Positions 48,816-58,720 are shown, numbered from the stretch's first letter. The stretch is DNA of 64,000 nucleotides from a virus (IMGVR_UViG_3300008954_000001); one strand, 5' to 3'. Notes: generated from the sequence alone by a model not told the origin. A program made the numbers and translations.

Positions 48816-48882
48816 CCTTCGCAGGGGTTTTTCATTTCCCCTCAACCGCCTTCATTCATCCCCCCAACTTTTCTCGCCTTCT

Positions 48883-48918
48883 ACCCCCGCAGCCATTGGT
48901 TGCGGGGGTTCTTTATTC
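48883..48918 (+). terminator. Intrinsic terminator after surE
   Basis: ACCCCCGCAGCC-ATT-GGTTGCGGGGGT followed by TCTTTATT. Confidence 0.65.
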
Positions 48919-49048
48919 TGGGATCAATGTTTCCCAAATTGATCGTGAGGCGTAAAATTTGGCCAGGACCGACATCGATTTATCTGACAGTTTATCGGCG
49001 TTTTTCTAAACTTTTTTCTCAAACCTAATGATAACAAAGGTTTGCGGC

Positions 49049-49085
49049 GGGTAATCGGTAGTGGAACGGTAATGGAACGGTAGGG
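49049..49085. repeat. Short 11-bp tandem repeat
   Basis: GGGTAAT CGGTAGTGGAA CGGTAATGGAA CGGTAGGG. Confidence 0.6.
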
Positions 49086-49086
49086 T

Positions 49087-49485
49087 TTACGACAAGGGTG
49101 AAACTGACTCGGCGGCCAATTTATCGAATTCAGCAATCTTAATGTTTCCCATTTTGGGATCAGCTACCCATGGGTGATCCGCTCCCACCCCTCTACACCA
49201 AGAAGAATCTTCCTTTGACCAACGAGTGCGGTTGACTCCTCGCTTACCTCGTTTCAAGGCTCGCTCGGCTTTCATCGCTTCGCTTTGGTTAGCGTAGGGG
49301 CCATACAAGGCTCGTGCAGCCCACGGTTGCCATTTAGAGGTGTACTTGCCCCCACCTTTGATTTCCCCACAATGCTGTCGGATACGGCGGGAAGGGCAGG
49401 TAGTGCAGCCTACGTAGTAAGGCCCCGGTCTACCCATCGAAGCGAATTTTCGATGCTTCGATTGGATGACATAGACCCACCACAT
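49087..49485 (-). CDS. GIY-YIG endonuclease (SLX1-like)
   Basis: WVYVIQS, YYVGCT..PSRRIRQHCGEIKGGGKYT...PW, EAMKAE. Confidence 0.85.
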   Translation of the reverse strand: MWWVYVIQSKHRKFASMGRPGPYYVGCTTCPSRRIRQHCGEIKGGGKYTSKWQPWAARALYGPYANQSEAMKAERALKRGKRGVNRTRWSKEDSSWCRGVGADHPWVADPKMGNIKIAEFDKLAAESVSPLS

Positions 49486-49489
49486 AAGG

Positions 49490-51907
49490 TTAACAGCCCC
49501 AGCGTTTGATTTCAGCTTTGAGGGTTGCTTGAAGTTTCTTGTTCAGGTTGTCCCCGAAGACCAACAGTAAGACTTCTTCCATGCGGTTCGCAAAATGAAA
49601 AGTCATCTCATCTTTGATCTCCTGTGGGATCTCTTCCGTGTCCTTTTCATTCCATGCGGGCATAACGATTTCCTGAATCCCCGCCCTGTGTGCCGCCAAG
49701 ACCTTTTCTTTGATTCCACCTACGGGAAGTACAGCACCACGGAGCGTTGCCTCTCCCGTCATGGCAATGTCATGTCGCACAGGAATGTCTAAAAGCAAAG
49801 ATAGAATGGCCGTCATCATGGTCACACCAGCACTCGGACCATCTTTCGGCACCGCCCCACTGGGAACATGAACATGAAAATCTGTGTCGTTGAAGGATTC
49901 TTTTGTAACCTCAAGTTTCGGAGCTATGCTCCAAACCCAACTGGTCGCCACCCCTACGGACTCTTTCATCACATCGCCTAAAGAACCAGATAGCTTCATG
50001 TTCCCCTTGCCGTGATGCTTGGTCGCTTCAATGAACAGGATGTCCCCACCCGCTGCGGTCCACGCCAATCCACAAACAACACCGGGAACAGCCGTGCGCT
50101 GTTTGATTTCGTTGTGGTACTTCTCAGGCCCTCGGATCTCCCGCACCTTTTCGGGGGTGATAACCCAAGGTTCTCGATCTTCGGGTTCGAGGTCACCGTC
50201 CTTTCGACGCTCGGCTACGCCTCTGGCGATGCGGCGGCAAATGGCAGCGATTTCTCGTTTTAGGGATCGAACACCCGCTTCTCGTGTGTAGTCCTCGATG
50301 ATCTTTCGGATGGCATCGTCTCCGAACACAACAACTTCATCATCAAGACCGTGCTCTTCAATATTCTGCGGGAGAGAAAAACCTCTGGCGATTTTGAGCT
50401 TGTCTTCGGGGGTGTAGCCCGGAATGTGGATTACCTCCATACGGTCATGCAAAGGACTGGGAATAGTATCCGCCCGATTTGCGGTAGCGATGAAAAGGAT
50501 CTTGCTCAAATCGTATTCAACATCGAGATAATGATCGAGAAATTCGTTGTTCTGTTCAGGGTCGAGAACCTCAAGTAACGCCGAAGCGGGGTCGCCTCGA
50601 TGATCGCTGACTAACTTATCGATCTCATCAAGAACGAGTACGGGGTTGATTGTTCCCGCTTTCTTCATCCCCTTGATGATCCGACCGGGCATCGACCCAA
50701 TGTATGTCTTGCGGTGACCTCGAATTTCAGCTTCGTCTCTCACCCCGCCAAGGGAAATGCGAGCCAACTCCCTACCTGTTGCACGAGCCACAGATTTCGC
50801 AAGAGAGGTTTTACCTACTCCTGGGGGGCCTACCAAACAAAGGATTGGTCCCTTCATGTCTTTTTTGAGCATCCGAACAGACAAGTATTCGAGGATGCGA
50901 TCTTTGACCTTCTTTAGGCCGTAGTGGTCTTCGTCAAAAATCTTCTGCGATTCTTCAATGTCGATTTCTTCCCCGGTTTCTTTTGCCCACGGGATCGACA
51001 CCATCCAATCTAAATAGGTCTGTGAGACGGTGTACTCGGAACTCTGCGGATTCATCTTAACCATGCGACGGAACTCTTTGAGACAGAGTTTCCTCACATC
51101 GTCGGGCATGTCCATCTCGGTCAGCTTCCGCTTCAACTCATCGAATTCGTCCTCATCGTCTCCTTCAACACCAAGCGTATCCAGTTCTTTTCGGATTGCC
51201 TTTAGTTGCTCTCGGAGCATGTATTCTTTTTGTGTCTTGTCGATGCCTTCCCGAACAGTCTTTTCAATGCGGTTCATCATTTCGGCCCCCTCCAACTCTC
51301 GCTGGAGGGCTTCAATGACGTAATCCATTCGGGCTTCTTGATTTAGGATCTCCAACACAACCTGCTTATCTTCCAGCTTGGTCAGCAGATTGTGAGCCAA
51401 GAGGTCAGATAGGGTTCCTGGGGAAACCACGCTTTCGATAACGAAAAAGGCATCTTTCGGAATATCGGGTGTTCGAGAGATATACTGTTTTGCTAAGTGG
51501 TGGAGTGTGTTCACTTTAGGCATCACTGACTCTTTGTCAGCGAGTTCTTCTTGTACTACCGTACATTCGGCCCGAAGGATTCCATCAGTATCCAACCATT
51601 CCGTAACTCGGCAGCGGGCGATCCCTTGTAGGACAACGGCGATCTTATTCTTTTGAACGACACGAGTTACACGAACTATGGTGCCTACTTCATACAGGTC
51701 TTTGGGGGCAGGATCGTCTAAATCGGGATCACGTTGGGCAATAACGGCCAGTAAGCCATTTCGTTTTGCTTCCTTGATCGCAGCGATAGACTTTTGCCTC
51801 CCCACATTGATCGGTGTGGAAAGGTTCGGATAAAGAACCGTATTTCGCACCGCCACGATGGGTAGCTCTAACACGTCTGGGAGCTTTACTTCGGAACCGT
51901 CACTCAT
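49490..51907 (-). CDS. lon: Full-length Lon (La) protease
   Basis: LON N-domain, [22 protein letters not shown], catalytic PKDGPSAG and GGIKEK. Confidence 0.96.
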   Translation of the reverse strand: MSDGSEVKLPDVLELPIVAVRNTVLYPNLSTPINVGRQKSIAAIKEAKRNGLLAVIAQRDPDLDDPAPKDLYEVGTIVRVTRVVQKNKIAVVLQGIARCRVTEWLDTDGILRAECTVVQEELADKESVMPKVNTLHHLAKQYISRTPDIPKDAFFVIESVVSPGTLSDLLAHNLLTKLEDKQVVLEILNQEARMDYVIEALQRELEGAEMMNRIEKTVREGIDKTQKEYMLREQLKAIRKELDTLGVEGDDEDEFDELKRKLTEMDMPDDVRKLCLKEFRRMVKMNPQSSEYTVSQTYLDWMVSIPWAKETGEEIDIEESQKIFDEDHYGLKKVKDRILEYLSVRMLKKDMKGPILCLVGPPGVGKTSLAKSVARATGRELARISLGGVRDEAEIRGHRKTYIGSMPGRIIKGMKKAGTINPVLVLDEIDKLVSDHRGDPASALLEVLDPEQNNEFLDHYLDVEYDLSKILFIATANRADTIPSPLHDRMEVIHIPGYTPEDKLKIARGFSLPQNIEEHGLDDEVVVFGDDAIRKIIEDYTREAGVRSLKREIAAICRRIARGVAERRKDGDLEPEDREPWVITPEKVREIRGPEKYHNEIKQRTAVPGVVCGLAWTAAGGDILFIEATKHHGKGNMKLSGSLGDVMKESVGVATSWVWSIAPKLEVTKESFNDTDFHVHVPSGAVPKDGPSAGVTMMTAILSLLLDIPVRHDIAMTGEATLRGAVLPVGGIKEKVLAAHRAGIQEIVMPAWNEKDTEEIPQEIKDEMTFHFANRMEEVLLLVFGDNLNKKLQATLKAEIKRWGC

Positions 51908-52035
51908 TGTTACCTCTCAAATTGGGGGCAGTACCCACCTACACTCTTGGCTTCTATAGATAGATTACTCATCCCCATTGGGGGCCAATATGACGGTGAG
52001 TACGGGGACTCCCCGTTGATTCGTCAATTCTACCC

Positions 52036-52356
52036 TCAAAAAAAGTCTTTGGCCGTGAGAGGGTGTTTAGAAGAGTCCAAAAAAACTTGCCCATTACGGG
52101 TCACGGAGAGAAAAGACCCATTGGAAAGTTCAAATTTCGTTTCAGTTGTAGAAATAAGTAACCATGCGTTAGCCAAATCCCGTTCCCGACACTTCGGGTC
52201 AATCTCCCCAACAAGCAACAAATCAAGATAACGAACCGCCGTGGCTATAGCAGAAATGCCCTCGGCAGTTGCTTTGTCTCCCTTACGGGTAGCACAAAGG
52301 CTGTCGAGGGCATCTTCTATGAGGGCTAAGGCTTCCTTCGGTCCTTGGTTATCCAT
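52036..52356 (-). CDS. Hypothetical protein
   Basis: In-strand ORF. Confidence 0.6.
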   Translation of the reverse strand: MDNQGPKEALALIEDALDSLCATRKGDKATAEGISAIATAVRYLDLLLVGEIDPKCRERDLANAWLLISTTETKFELSNGSFLSVTRNGQVFLDSSKHPLTAKDFF

Positions 52357-52359
52357 GTC

Positions 52360-52644
52360 TTACCGATGCTCGTATCGAGGTGCGAGATCGACATCAATAA
52401 CATCACCTTGCTCGTAGTTCAGGTTGCGAGGCGGCTGTTGTGGGTAACGGGGATACTGTGGGGGCTGAACATAAACAACATGCCGTTGTTCTTGTTGGGT
52501 CGCACGACCAAAAAGGCCCCGCAAAATAAGCGTAACTACAAAAGCTGCTTTCGCCCCTGCCCAAGCGCCACCGAGGATCACACAGAAACCGCCAATCCAA
52601 ATCCATAAGGGTTCCATTCCTGCTATCATTTCTCTCTCCTTCAA
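52360..52644 (-). CDS. Small membrane protein
   Basis: Hydrophobic N-half and Q/P-rich tail; start codon uncertain. Confidence 0.55.
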   Translation of the reverse strand: MKEREMIAGMEPLWIWIGGFCVILGGAWAGAKAAFVVTLILRGLFGRATQQEQRHVVYVQPPQYPRYPQQPPRNLNYEQGDVIDVDLAPRYEHR

Positions 52645-52710
52645 AGATCCTGTAAGGGGCGTATCCCCTTACAATTAGACTACCGATAAGGAGACAGATC
52701 AGCCCCCCTT

Positions 52711-54297
52711 CTAAGTAGTCTGAATGATGGCGGTCTCGGCAGTAATAAGGGTGGAAGCAACTGAAATAGCTGCGGAAATGACGCATCGTGCCATCTTTGC
52801 GGAGTCCACAATGGGGGAGCCTTCCAGCAAGTTTCGCACTTCGCAGGTAACGGGATCGAAGCCTTCAAAGGACGGTATATCCGCATCCTTCGTATGGAGT
52901 TTAGCCACCTCTCCGTGGGTTCCTCCCGATTCGGCTAATTTCATAAAGGGCTGTCTTAGGGCATTGGCTACGATTTTCCAGCCGTGCCGCCCATTTGCTT
53001 CCGCCTCAAGGATATCTCCAAGAAGCAACAGGCCGTTGCCCGCTCCTGGAACAACCCCTTCTTCTAAAGCACCTCGGATAGCTCCAAGGGAGTCCTCAAT
53101 CCGAGCACGGCGTTCTTTCATTACCGCTTCTGTAATCCCACCCACTCGAAGGATGATCAAACCACCAGACAAGCCAGCGGCTTGTTCGTTTAGGCGGTCG
53201 GCATCGTAGTCAGAGGTGGAGGAAGATGCTTGCGCTTTGATCTCACGGACCCGCTGAGAAATCGTCTCGGCGGCTTCGGGGAAAGACTCAAGCGTTGTAA
53301 CCTTTTGAGTGACGAGTGCCTTATGAACACTCCCGAACCATTCGGCATCAAAGCTACCCCGATGATCGAAACCTTGCTTGGGATCAATGAGCGTGGCTCC
53401 CGAAACCGCCGCTAAATTCTGGAGCCACTCCTCTTGCCAGCGGCCCGTGCCGGGAACTTTGACGGCACAAGAATGTACGATCCCTTTCTTATTGTTCACC
53501 ACCATCGTTTGAAGGGCTTCCCCTTCAATGAAAGGGGCGAACAGTAACAGATGATTATCGGGCCATTGACTGGCTTCCTCCAAGATCGCTTGAACATCAG
53601 CCACCGTTTGAAGCCCCGTGCTGACCACAGCCACCAAAGGAGCTTTAAGGTCTCGATCAACCCCATTGTTCGTGAAGTATTCGCTGGCCCAACCAGATGG
53701 CAGTTCCATGCCGTCCTTGGTTTCGATTTCAAGACCAAGGGTCACACCGTCTTCAACCGAAACTGTGCCTTCTGTGCCCGCCATCATGCAGGCTTTCGCC
53801 AACGCTTCCGCCACCTCTTGATCCCCGTTCGAGGCGATCAGGGCTACGCTTTCCACTAAATCTTGCGACTTGATTGGGATGGCTAACTCCGCAACCAAGG
53901 CTACAGCCATCTCGGAGGCTTCCTTCATCTCACGAGAAAGAGCCACGGGGTCGAAGCCCGCAATCGCAAGTTTCTGGCCTTCCCACAAGGCTTGGTAAGC
54001 CACAATCGCTGTCGTAGTTGTACCATCCCCCGCCATCTGCTCTACTTTCAGACAGGCTTCCTTAATCATAGCGGCACCAAGGCCCGTTAATCCTGGCCCT
54101 GGCTGGACTTCTCTGGATACAGTGACCCCATCGGAAGTCGCTTGAATATGGTTGAAGGCTTTATCCAAAAGGACGATTCCACCTTTAGGGCCAAAGGTAC
54201 ATCCGATGGCCTTAGCCGCAATTCCAGCACCGTTCAGGATACCCTTGCGAGCATTTGTCCCTGAAACGACTCGAATAGGCTTTTTGTCTTTGGCCAT
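52711..54297 (-). CDS. groEL: Divergent GroEL-like chaperonin
   Basis: TFGPKG, SDGVTV, AGDGTTT, IEGEAL..MVVN, GG..ILRVGG.TE..MKERRARIED, EEGVVPG; no GGM tail. Confidence 0.93.
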   Translation of the reverse strand: MAKDKKPIRVVSGTNARKGILNGAGIAAKAIGCTFGPKGGIVLLDKAFNHIQATSDGVTVSREVQPGPGLTGLGAAMIKEACLKVEQMAGDGTTTTAIVAYQALWEGQKLAIAGFDPVALSREMKEASEMAVALVAELAIPIKSQDLVESVALIASNGDQEVAEALAKACMMAGTEGTVSVEDGVTLGLEIETKDGMELPSGWASEYFTNNGVDRDLKAPLVAVVSTGLQTVADVQAILEEASQWPDNHLLLFAPFIEGEALQTMVVNNKKGIVHSCAVKVPGTGRWQEEWLQNLAAVSGATLIDPKQGFDHRGSFDAEWFGSVHKALVTQKVTTLESFPEAAETISQRVREIKAQASSSTSDYDADRLNEQAAGLSGGLIILRVGGITEAVMKERRARIEDSLGAIRGALEEGVVPGAGNGLLLLGDILEAEANGRHGWKIVANALRQPFMKLAESGGTHGEVAKLHTKDADIPSFEGFDPVTCEVRNLLEGSPIVDSAKMARCVISAAISVASTLITAETAIIQTT

Positions 54298-54370
54298 CTA
54301 CCTCTCCTTTGTAGGATGAACACAGCGGTAAAGTGTCAGTGCATACTTTACCCATAAAGCAAGAGAGACC

Positions 54371-54919
54371 ATGTCCCGCAACAAAACAAAAGCTCGAAAA
54401 GCCCAAGAAACCAAACGCCGAAAGGCCGAGAAGCGGGCCAAAAAGAAAAAGGCCATGGCGAAAACACAAAACAGATCCGCCATATCCGCTCAAAAAAGGA
54501 TGCAGCTTCTTATCAAAGGCTTCAAGGAATCCCCTGAGTACATCTTTTGGGTTGCCCATGGCTTGAACATGCTGGCTTCCAACTACACTGAAGGGACTTG
54601 GACTCCCGTGTTTCCAGATATCTATTCTGGAAGGGCTGTTAGCGAAGAAGAAGTTGGGGCATATCTAAAGAAGCACTTCAATGAAAAAGATAAGACTTGG
54701 ACAACGGAAGGCCGTCAAGCGGTTGGTTGGGCTTGTTCTCCCGCAGCCAACATTTATGCTATTCAGCAAAAAGCTGTTGCCGAAGCGGAAAAGAACGACG
54801 TTGACCCCAAATCTTCCGCTTGCGGCCCCGTGTGGCGAATCTTCCAAATTATGTCGGAGGAGATTGAAAAAAGGATGGGAAATCAACACCTGACCCCACA
54901 AACGGCGGTCCAACCGTAG
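54371..54919 (+). CDS. Hypothetical protein with basic N-terminus
   Basis: Divergent from groEL. Confidence 0.7.
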   Translation: MSRNKTKARKAQETKRRKAEKRAKKKKAMAKTQNRSAISAQKRMQLLIKGFKESPEYIFWVAHGLNMLASNYTEGTWTPVFPDIYSGRAVSEEEVGAYLKKHFNEKDKTWTTEGRQAVGWACSPAANIYAIQQKAVAEAEKNDVDPKSSACGPVWRIFQIMSEEIEKRMGNQHLTPQTAVQP

Positions 54920-54988
54920 CCGACCCCACCAAAGTCGAGACCTTCCCTATCCCAGCACCTAATTAATGCTGATGGAGGGTTCGACTGA

Positions 54989-55204
54989 ATGAGTAGATTA
55001 CCTGCTCACATTATTGATGCAATCAGGAAGCGGCGTGAGCAGCAGGAAGAGCAGCGCCCCTTTTTAGAAATCCCTGCACCCGACGCTGAACCCATTGATC
55101 CCGAACCAAAAGAAGAAAACCCCAAGAAAGACGACAAAGGGGTAGTCATTATTGATCTCAGCATCGACCTCTACGAGGACTTCACTTTCAAGGTGGTGTC
55201 ATAA
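54989..55204 (+). CDS. Small conserved-type hypothetical protein
   Basis: HIIDAIRKRREQQEEQRPFLEIP...GVVIIDL. Confidence 0.65.
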   Translation: MSRLPAHIIDAIRKRREQQEEQRPFLEIPAPDAEPIDPEPKEENPKKDDKGVVIIDLSIDLYEDFTFKVVS

Positions 55205-55214
55205 TGAGGTTTGC

Positions 55215-55754
55215 ATGAAGATTGTGGTAAGTGGGGATCTGTTCAGCTTTTTCCTTGAACAACTTAAAGCCCCCGCCGACACGCATAAGCTAAATTCAGA
55301 TCAAGCCCTTTATCTCGCAAAGCTCCTCGCTGATCGCTCCAAACCCCAAAACGGCCCGACCACCCTATTTGAACTGTACAAACAAGCAGTTGAACAGGGA
55401 GGTATGAAGGCCGTTTCTTGCTACAGGGAGATGGGAGACAGATCCCTTTTCTTGGTTGGAGCCTTCCCCCAACACCTCAACCGACGAAGAGGGATGGGCG
55501 AAGTGTACTACTGCAATATGGGCATGGCGGCCTACGCCAACCTCGCCAACCTTTTGAAAGAGCAGCGATTCGCTCAACTCTCCCAACGCTTCGGGGATTG
55601 CGTCAAAGCAATCCGAGACACGATGGGGAATGTGCGTTGGGCCGAAGAAGATGATGCTAACGCCCTATACGAGGCGTGGCTCATTGGGGGAAGCCCCATG
55701 GCCGAACAGCGTATTCAGCAACTTGGACTCCCTCTCAAACAGTATTTCTCATAA
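55215..55754 (+). CDS. Conserved bacterial-type hypothetical protein
   Basis: YLAKLL, REMGDRSLFLVGAF, YYCNMGMAAY, F.QLS.RF; recalled from a proteobacterial/myxobacterial family of unknown function. Confidence 0.65.
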   Translation: MKIVVSGDLFSFFLEQLKAPADTHKLNSDQALYLAKLLADRSKPQNGPTTLFELYKQAVEQGGMKAVSCYREMGDRSLFLVGAFPQHLNRRRGMGEVYYCNMGMAAYANLANLLKEQRFAQLSQRFGDCVKAIRDTMGNVRWAEEDDANALYEAWLIGGSPMAEQRIQQLGLPLKQYFS

Positions 55755-55775
55755 CCACGAAGGAAAACGACACGA

Positions 55776-56180
55776 ATGAACCTTGAAGCCACCTCAACCC
55801 TTTACCGCCTAAATCCAATATTCTATACCAGAGACCGAATAAAGCCTGTGGTTGCCCTTAAAGAAGCACCACCACAGAAGCGACCTCGGCATGTTGAGCG
55901 GTTGAGTAAGTTCCTTCAAGACAGAGCTTTGGGTCACGACCCTGTTCGAGATCGGCTTGAGAAAGAAGCAAATAAAAGAGCCGACGCATGGCTCGCAAAA
56001 AACCGACCAGGAAAAGTCGTCACTCCCGCAATACGGGAATTGTGTAAATCAATTAATGGCCCCGACCTCGACCTGCTTGCTTGGTACGAATGCACCGAGA
56101 GTTTCGACCAAAAAGCAGGTGAAGAGGAAGAGGAAGATGATGACCCCGATCCCGTTGGGGGTATCATCAAACAGATGTAG
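55776..56180 (+). CDS. Hypothetical protein
   Basis: AGGA RBS; acidic tail. Confidence 0.6.
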   Translation: MNLEATSTLYRLNPIFYTRDRIKPVVALKEAPPQKRPRHVERLSKFLQDRALGHDPVRDRLEKEANKRADAWLAKNRPGKVVTPAIRELCKSINGPDLDLLAWYECTESFDQKAGEEEEEDDDPDPVGGIIKQM

Positions 56181-56188
56181 GATATAAA

Positions 56189-56584
56189 ATGGAATACAAC
56201 GAATCAGCATTACCAATAAGTATTCTTAGTGAAGAAGATGTGGAAACCGCCGAACAGTGGGTTGGGAAAAACATAGAAGACCCCAACCTTCGAGAGATTT
56301 TCGGCAAACTAATCCTTCACGGACGGAACCATCTATTTCACTCCCAAATCCCAATGGAGCAATCCGATTGTGGCCTCATATTTCGCCACTGGGGGAACGA
56401 AATCTATCTAACCGAGATAGAGGGTGGGATCGCTGACGAGAACCGCCTACGGCTCGCTGTGGCGGTGAGAGCGATTGCCTCCGAACAAGAAGACCCTTCC
56501 CTTTGGACATACCTAAAGGACTTCAAGGATATCCTTGAAGAGTCTCAAACCGACCTACAGGTGATCTGCGGCGGAAAACGGTAG
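56189..56584 (+). CDS. Hypothetical protein
   Basis: In-operon ORF. Confidence 0.6.
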   Translation: MEYNESALPISILSEEDVETAEQWVGKNIEDPNLREIFGKLILHGRNHLFHSQIPMEQSDCGLIFRHWGNEIYLTEIEGGIADENRLRLAVAVRAIASEQEDPSLWTYLKDFKDILEESQTDLQVICGGKR

Positions 56585-56624
56585 TCTCCCTATCCTCACC
56601 TCAGGTGAGACAGGAGTTTCCGAT

Positions 56625-56927
56625 ATGGCTCGCAGAGCATCTACCCACGCTGTACTACAACGGCACATGAAGCGACGGGCGGACAATAGTCCCGGCCAGC
56701 ATAGTTGGGGTCCGTTCGCTGAAGGCGACCGTGAAGCGGATAAAGACGGGAACTACATGAGCGTCCAAAACATGAAGGACATTCATGCGATTTCTGGTCA
56801 ACTTGTAGGGCGTATCCAACCCGGCACAGAGATGGAAGATTGGGTTGAGGATAAGATCAGCGCAGCCCGACAGATCATGTCCGACCTCGAACGCTTTTAC
56901 AACAAAGGCCGTGCGAGCAAGTCTTGA
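56625..56927 (+). CDS. Small phage protein, putative virion-associated
   Basis: AGGAG RBS; MS..N...I......L......EMEDWVEDKIS.A...MS.L..FY pattern recalled from uncultured-phage proteins. Confidence 0.6.
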   Translation: MARRASTHAVLQRHMKRRADNSPGQHSWGPFAEGDREADKDGNYMSVQNMKDIHAISGQLVGRIQPGTEMEDWVEDKISAARQIMSDLERFYNKGRASKS

Positions 56928-57223
56928 CCTACAAACCTCTCCCCCCATGCCTCACTATTAGGCCATCGGGAATTGAGGGCCTTGGACTATTTGCCGTAGA
57001 AGATATCCCCGTAGGGACAAACCTCGGCATCTCCCATATCGCTGATCCCCGTTACGAGGACGGACATATCCGAACACCGCTTGGTGGGTTCTATAACCAT
57101 TCTGAAAACCCGAACTGTGCAACCTTGAAGCAAGACAATGAGACTGTCAGCCTCGTTACATTAAGGGACATCAAAGCTGGAGAGGAACTTACTTCTCGCT
57201 ATTGGTTGTACGAGATAGGTTAG
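56924..57223 (+). CDS. SET-domain protein-lysine methyltransferase
   Basis: IEGLGLFA, FYNHSENPNC, RDIKAGEELTSRY; TTG start overlaps the upstream TGA. Confidence 0.88.
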   Translation: MTYKPLPPCLTIRPSGIEGLGLFAVEDIPVGTNLGISHIADPRYEDGHIRTPLGGFYNHSENPNCATLKQDNETVSLVTLRDIKAGEELTSRYWLYEIG

Positions 57224-57984
57224 AGCAGGGAAGCCCACTGACGCTTCCACTTTTTCAAGCGGTGGTAGTGGTTAGGGAACTCATTACAACGTCCCTCAGG
57301 TTTAGGTGCTCGAATACCTGTTACCCACGCCACTCGCCAAATGCGAGATACATGGTGTTTCGATATGCGACACTTCTTGCGAACCTTGTTCCGTTGCTTG
57401 TCGATATGGGTCAACCAAGACCTTGCGTTCACAAGAGGCTCCCGACGATTGATTCCGTAACCACCCTTTTCTACGGGGGCGGTCCACCACGGCCACAGTT
57501 GTAGAAGACCGATAGCCTTGGGCTTCCCTCGCTTCGAGAACTTATGATCCCCTTCAGCGTTTGGGTTATACCCCGACTCGGTACAAGCGGAGGCTAACAA
57601 CATGCCTCGCATATCTTTAGGGATGTTGAACTCACGCTCCATAAGGATGAGCTTGGTCAACAGAACGGGGTCTCGGTACTTCTTTTTGGCCCGCTTACAA
57701 GTGAGGGCCACTTCGAGAATCCGTTGCTCTAACTCCGTCAAAACCGGAGGAGACAAGGGAACTTCTTCTTTAGTCTGATGCTGTGCGGGGATAAAGATAT
57801 GGGCGGGCTGAAATTCAAGGTTGGTATCAACAAGAGGTTCAGGAGCCTCTTTTTCTACCGTAGCCACTTTTGGCGGGGGACCATTCGCTTGTTCATGACA
57901 CCCCATAAATAAGATGAGTGGTATTAGATGAACTTGTCTTTTCAAAATTTGATTCTCCTCATACAAAAAAGGACCGTTCCCCAT
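57220..57984 (-). CDS. Lytic transglycosylase (SLT-like), possibly lipid-anchored
   Basis: LASACTESGYNPNA (catalytic Glu), AIGLLQL; hydrophobic LIPLILFMGC. Confidence 0.7.
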   Translation of the reverse strand: MGNGPFLYEENQILKRQVHLIPLILFMGCHEQANGPPPKVATVEKEAPEPLVDTNLEFQPAHIFIPAQHQTKEEVPLSPPVLTELEQRILEVALTCKRAKKKYRDPVLLTKLILMEREFNIPKDMRGMLLASACTESGYNPNAEGDHKFSKRGKPKAIGLLQLWPWWTAPVEKGGYGINRREPLVNARSWLTHIDKQRNKVRKKCRISKHHVSRIWRVAWVTGIRAPKPEGRCNEFPNHYHRLKKWKRQWASLL

Positions 57985-58020
57985 GAACGGCCCCCATAAG
58001 AAAGCAGTCCTGATTAAGAG

Positions 58021-58221
58021 TTATTCAGTTTCGGTTGGAGAGGGGCACCACAGTTCCAAAGCATCTTTCAAACGAATCTGACGATACTTTTTCTCCCCTT
58101 CTTCTGATCCGAAGCTCAGGTGCATGAACGATTGTACCCAATCATTGATGGCACGAAGCTCCCGAATGTTACCCGAAAACACAAGTTGGCCGTTTTTATT
58201 AGTTCCTCGAACAAGCGACAT
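58021..58221 (-). CDS. Small hypothetical protein
   Basis: AGGAGG RBS. Confidence 0.6.
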   Translation of the reverse strand: MSLVRGTNKNGQLVFSGNIRELRAINDWVQSFMHLSFGSEEGEKKYRQIRLKDALELWCPSPTETE

Positions 58222-58288
58222 CTTCTTTCCTCCTGTTGTTACAGCATATTACTGCCATTTCCATTAGAAGGGACATAGAAGATGCTGT

Positions 58289-58621
58289 CTAATTTTTAGA
58301 CTCGCTTTTTAGGATCTTACGAGCCTCACCCGCTTCTGGGAGGCGATCTTTGACGTAGGCTTCGAGATCGAAATCGGTAATCGAAGATTTGAACTCGTTG
58401 AAGGCCCTTTTCCAATCGGGGTCAAATTCAAGCTCAGTCTTACCTTCGTGTCCGTGAATGGCTCGAACTTCACCAATCGAATCATAGATCGTGGTTGAGG
58501 GATGTTCAGATAACCATGTGACAGCGACCTTGCCGTTATCAAACACGAAACCTTGAGCCACACGTCCCGTGCCGCTAACGCCGCTTTCGTCTTCTTTCCG
58601 TACTAAATAGAACATTCTCAC
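58289..58621 (-). CDS. Conserved phage hypothetical protein
   Basis: F.L.R.ED.SGVSGTG.VA.G..F..G.V...W...HGH.GKT pattern. Confidence 0.75.
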   Translation of the reverse strand: MRMFYLVRKEDESGVSGTGRVAQGFVFDNGKVAVTWLSEHPSTTIYDSIGEVRAIHGHEGKTELEFDPDWKRAFNEFKSSITDFDLEAYVKDRLPEAGEARKILKSESKN

Positions 58622-58720
58622 TGGTTCCCCCAGCCCGTTAGCCGCACCTACACAGCAACCGCTGGTTGTCTTGAGTTACAGTAGGCGTACTACCTTCACG
58701 ATAGATAAACAGGATATCGC

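Noticed and set aside
49049-49085. Mini CRISPR array
   Set aside because: Units are 11 bp with no spacers.
54327-54352. CIRCE element upstream of groEL
   Set aside because: The inverted repeat does not match TTAGCACTC-N9-GAGTGCTAA.
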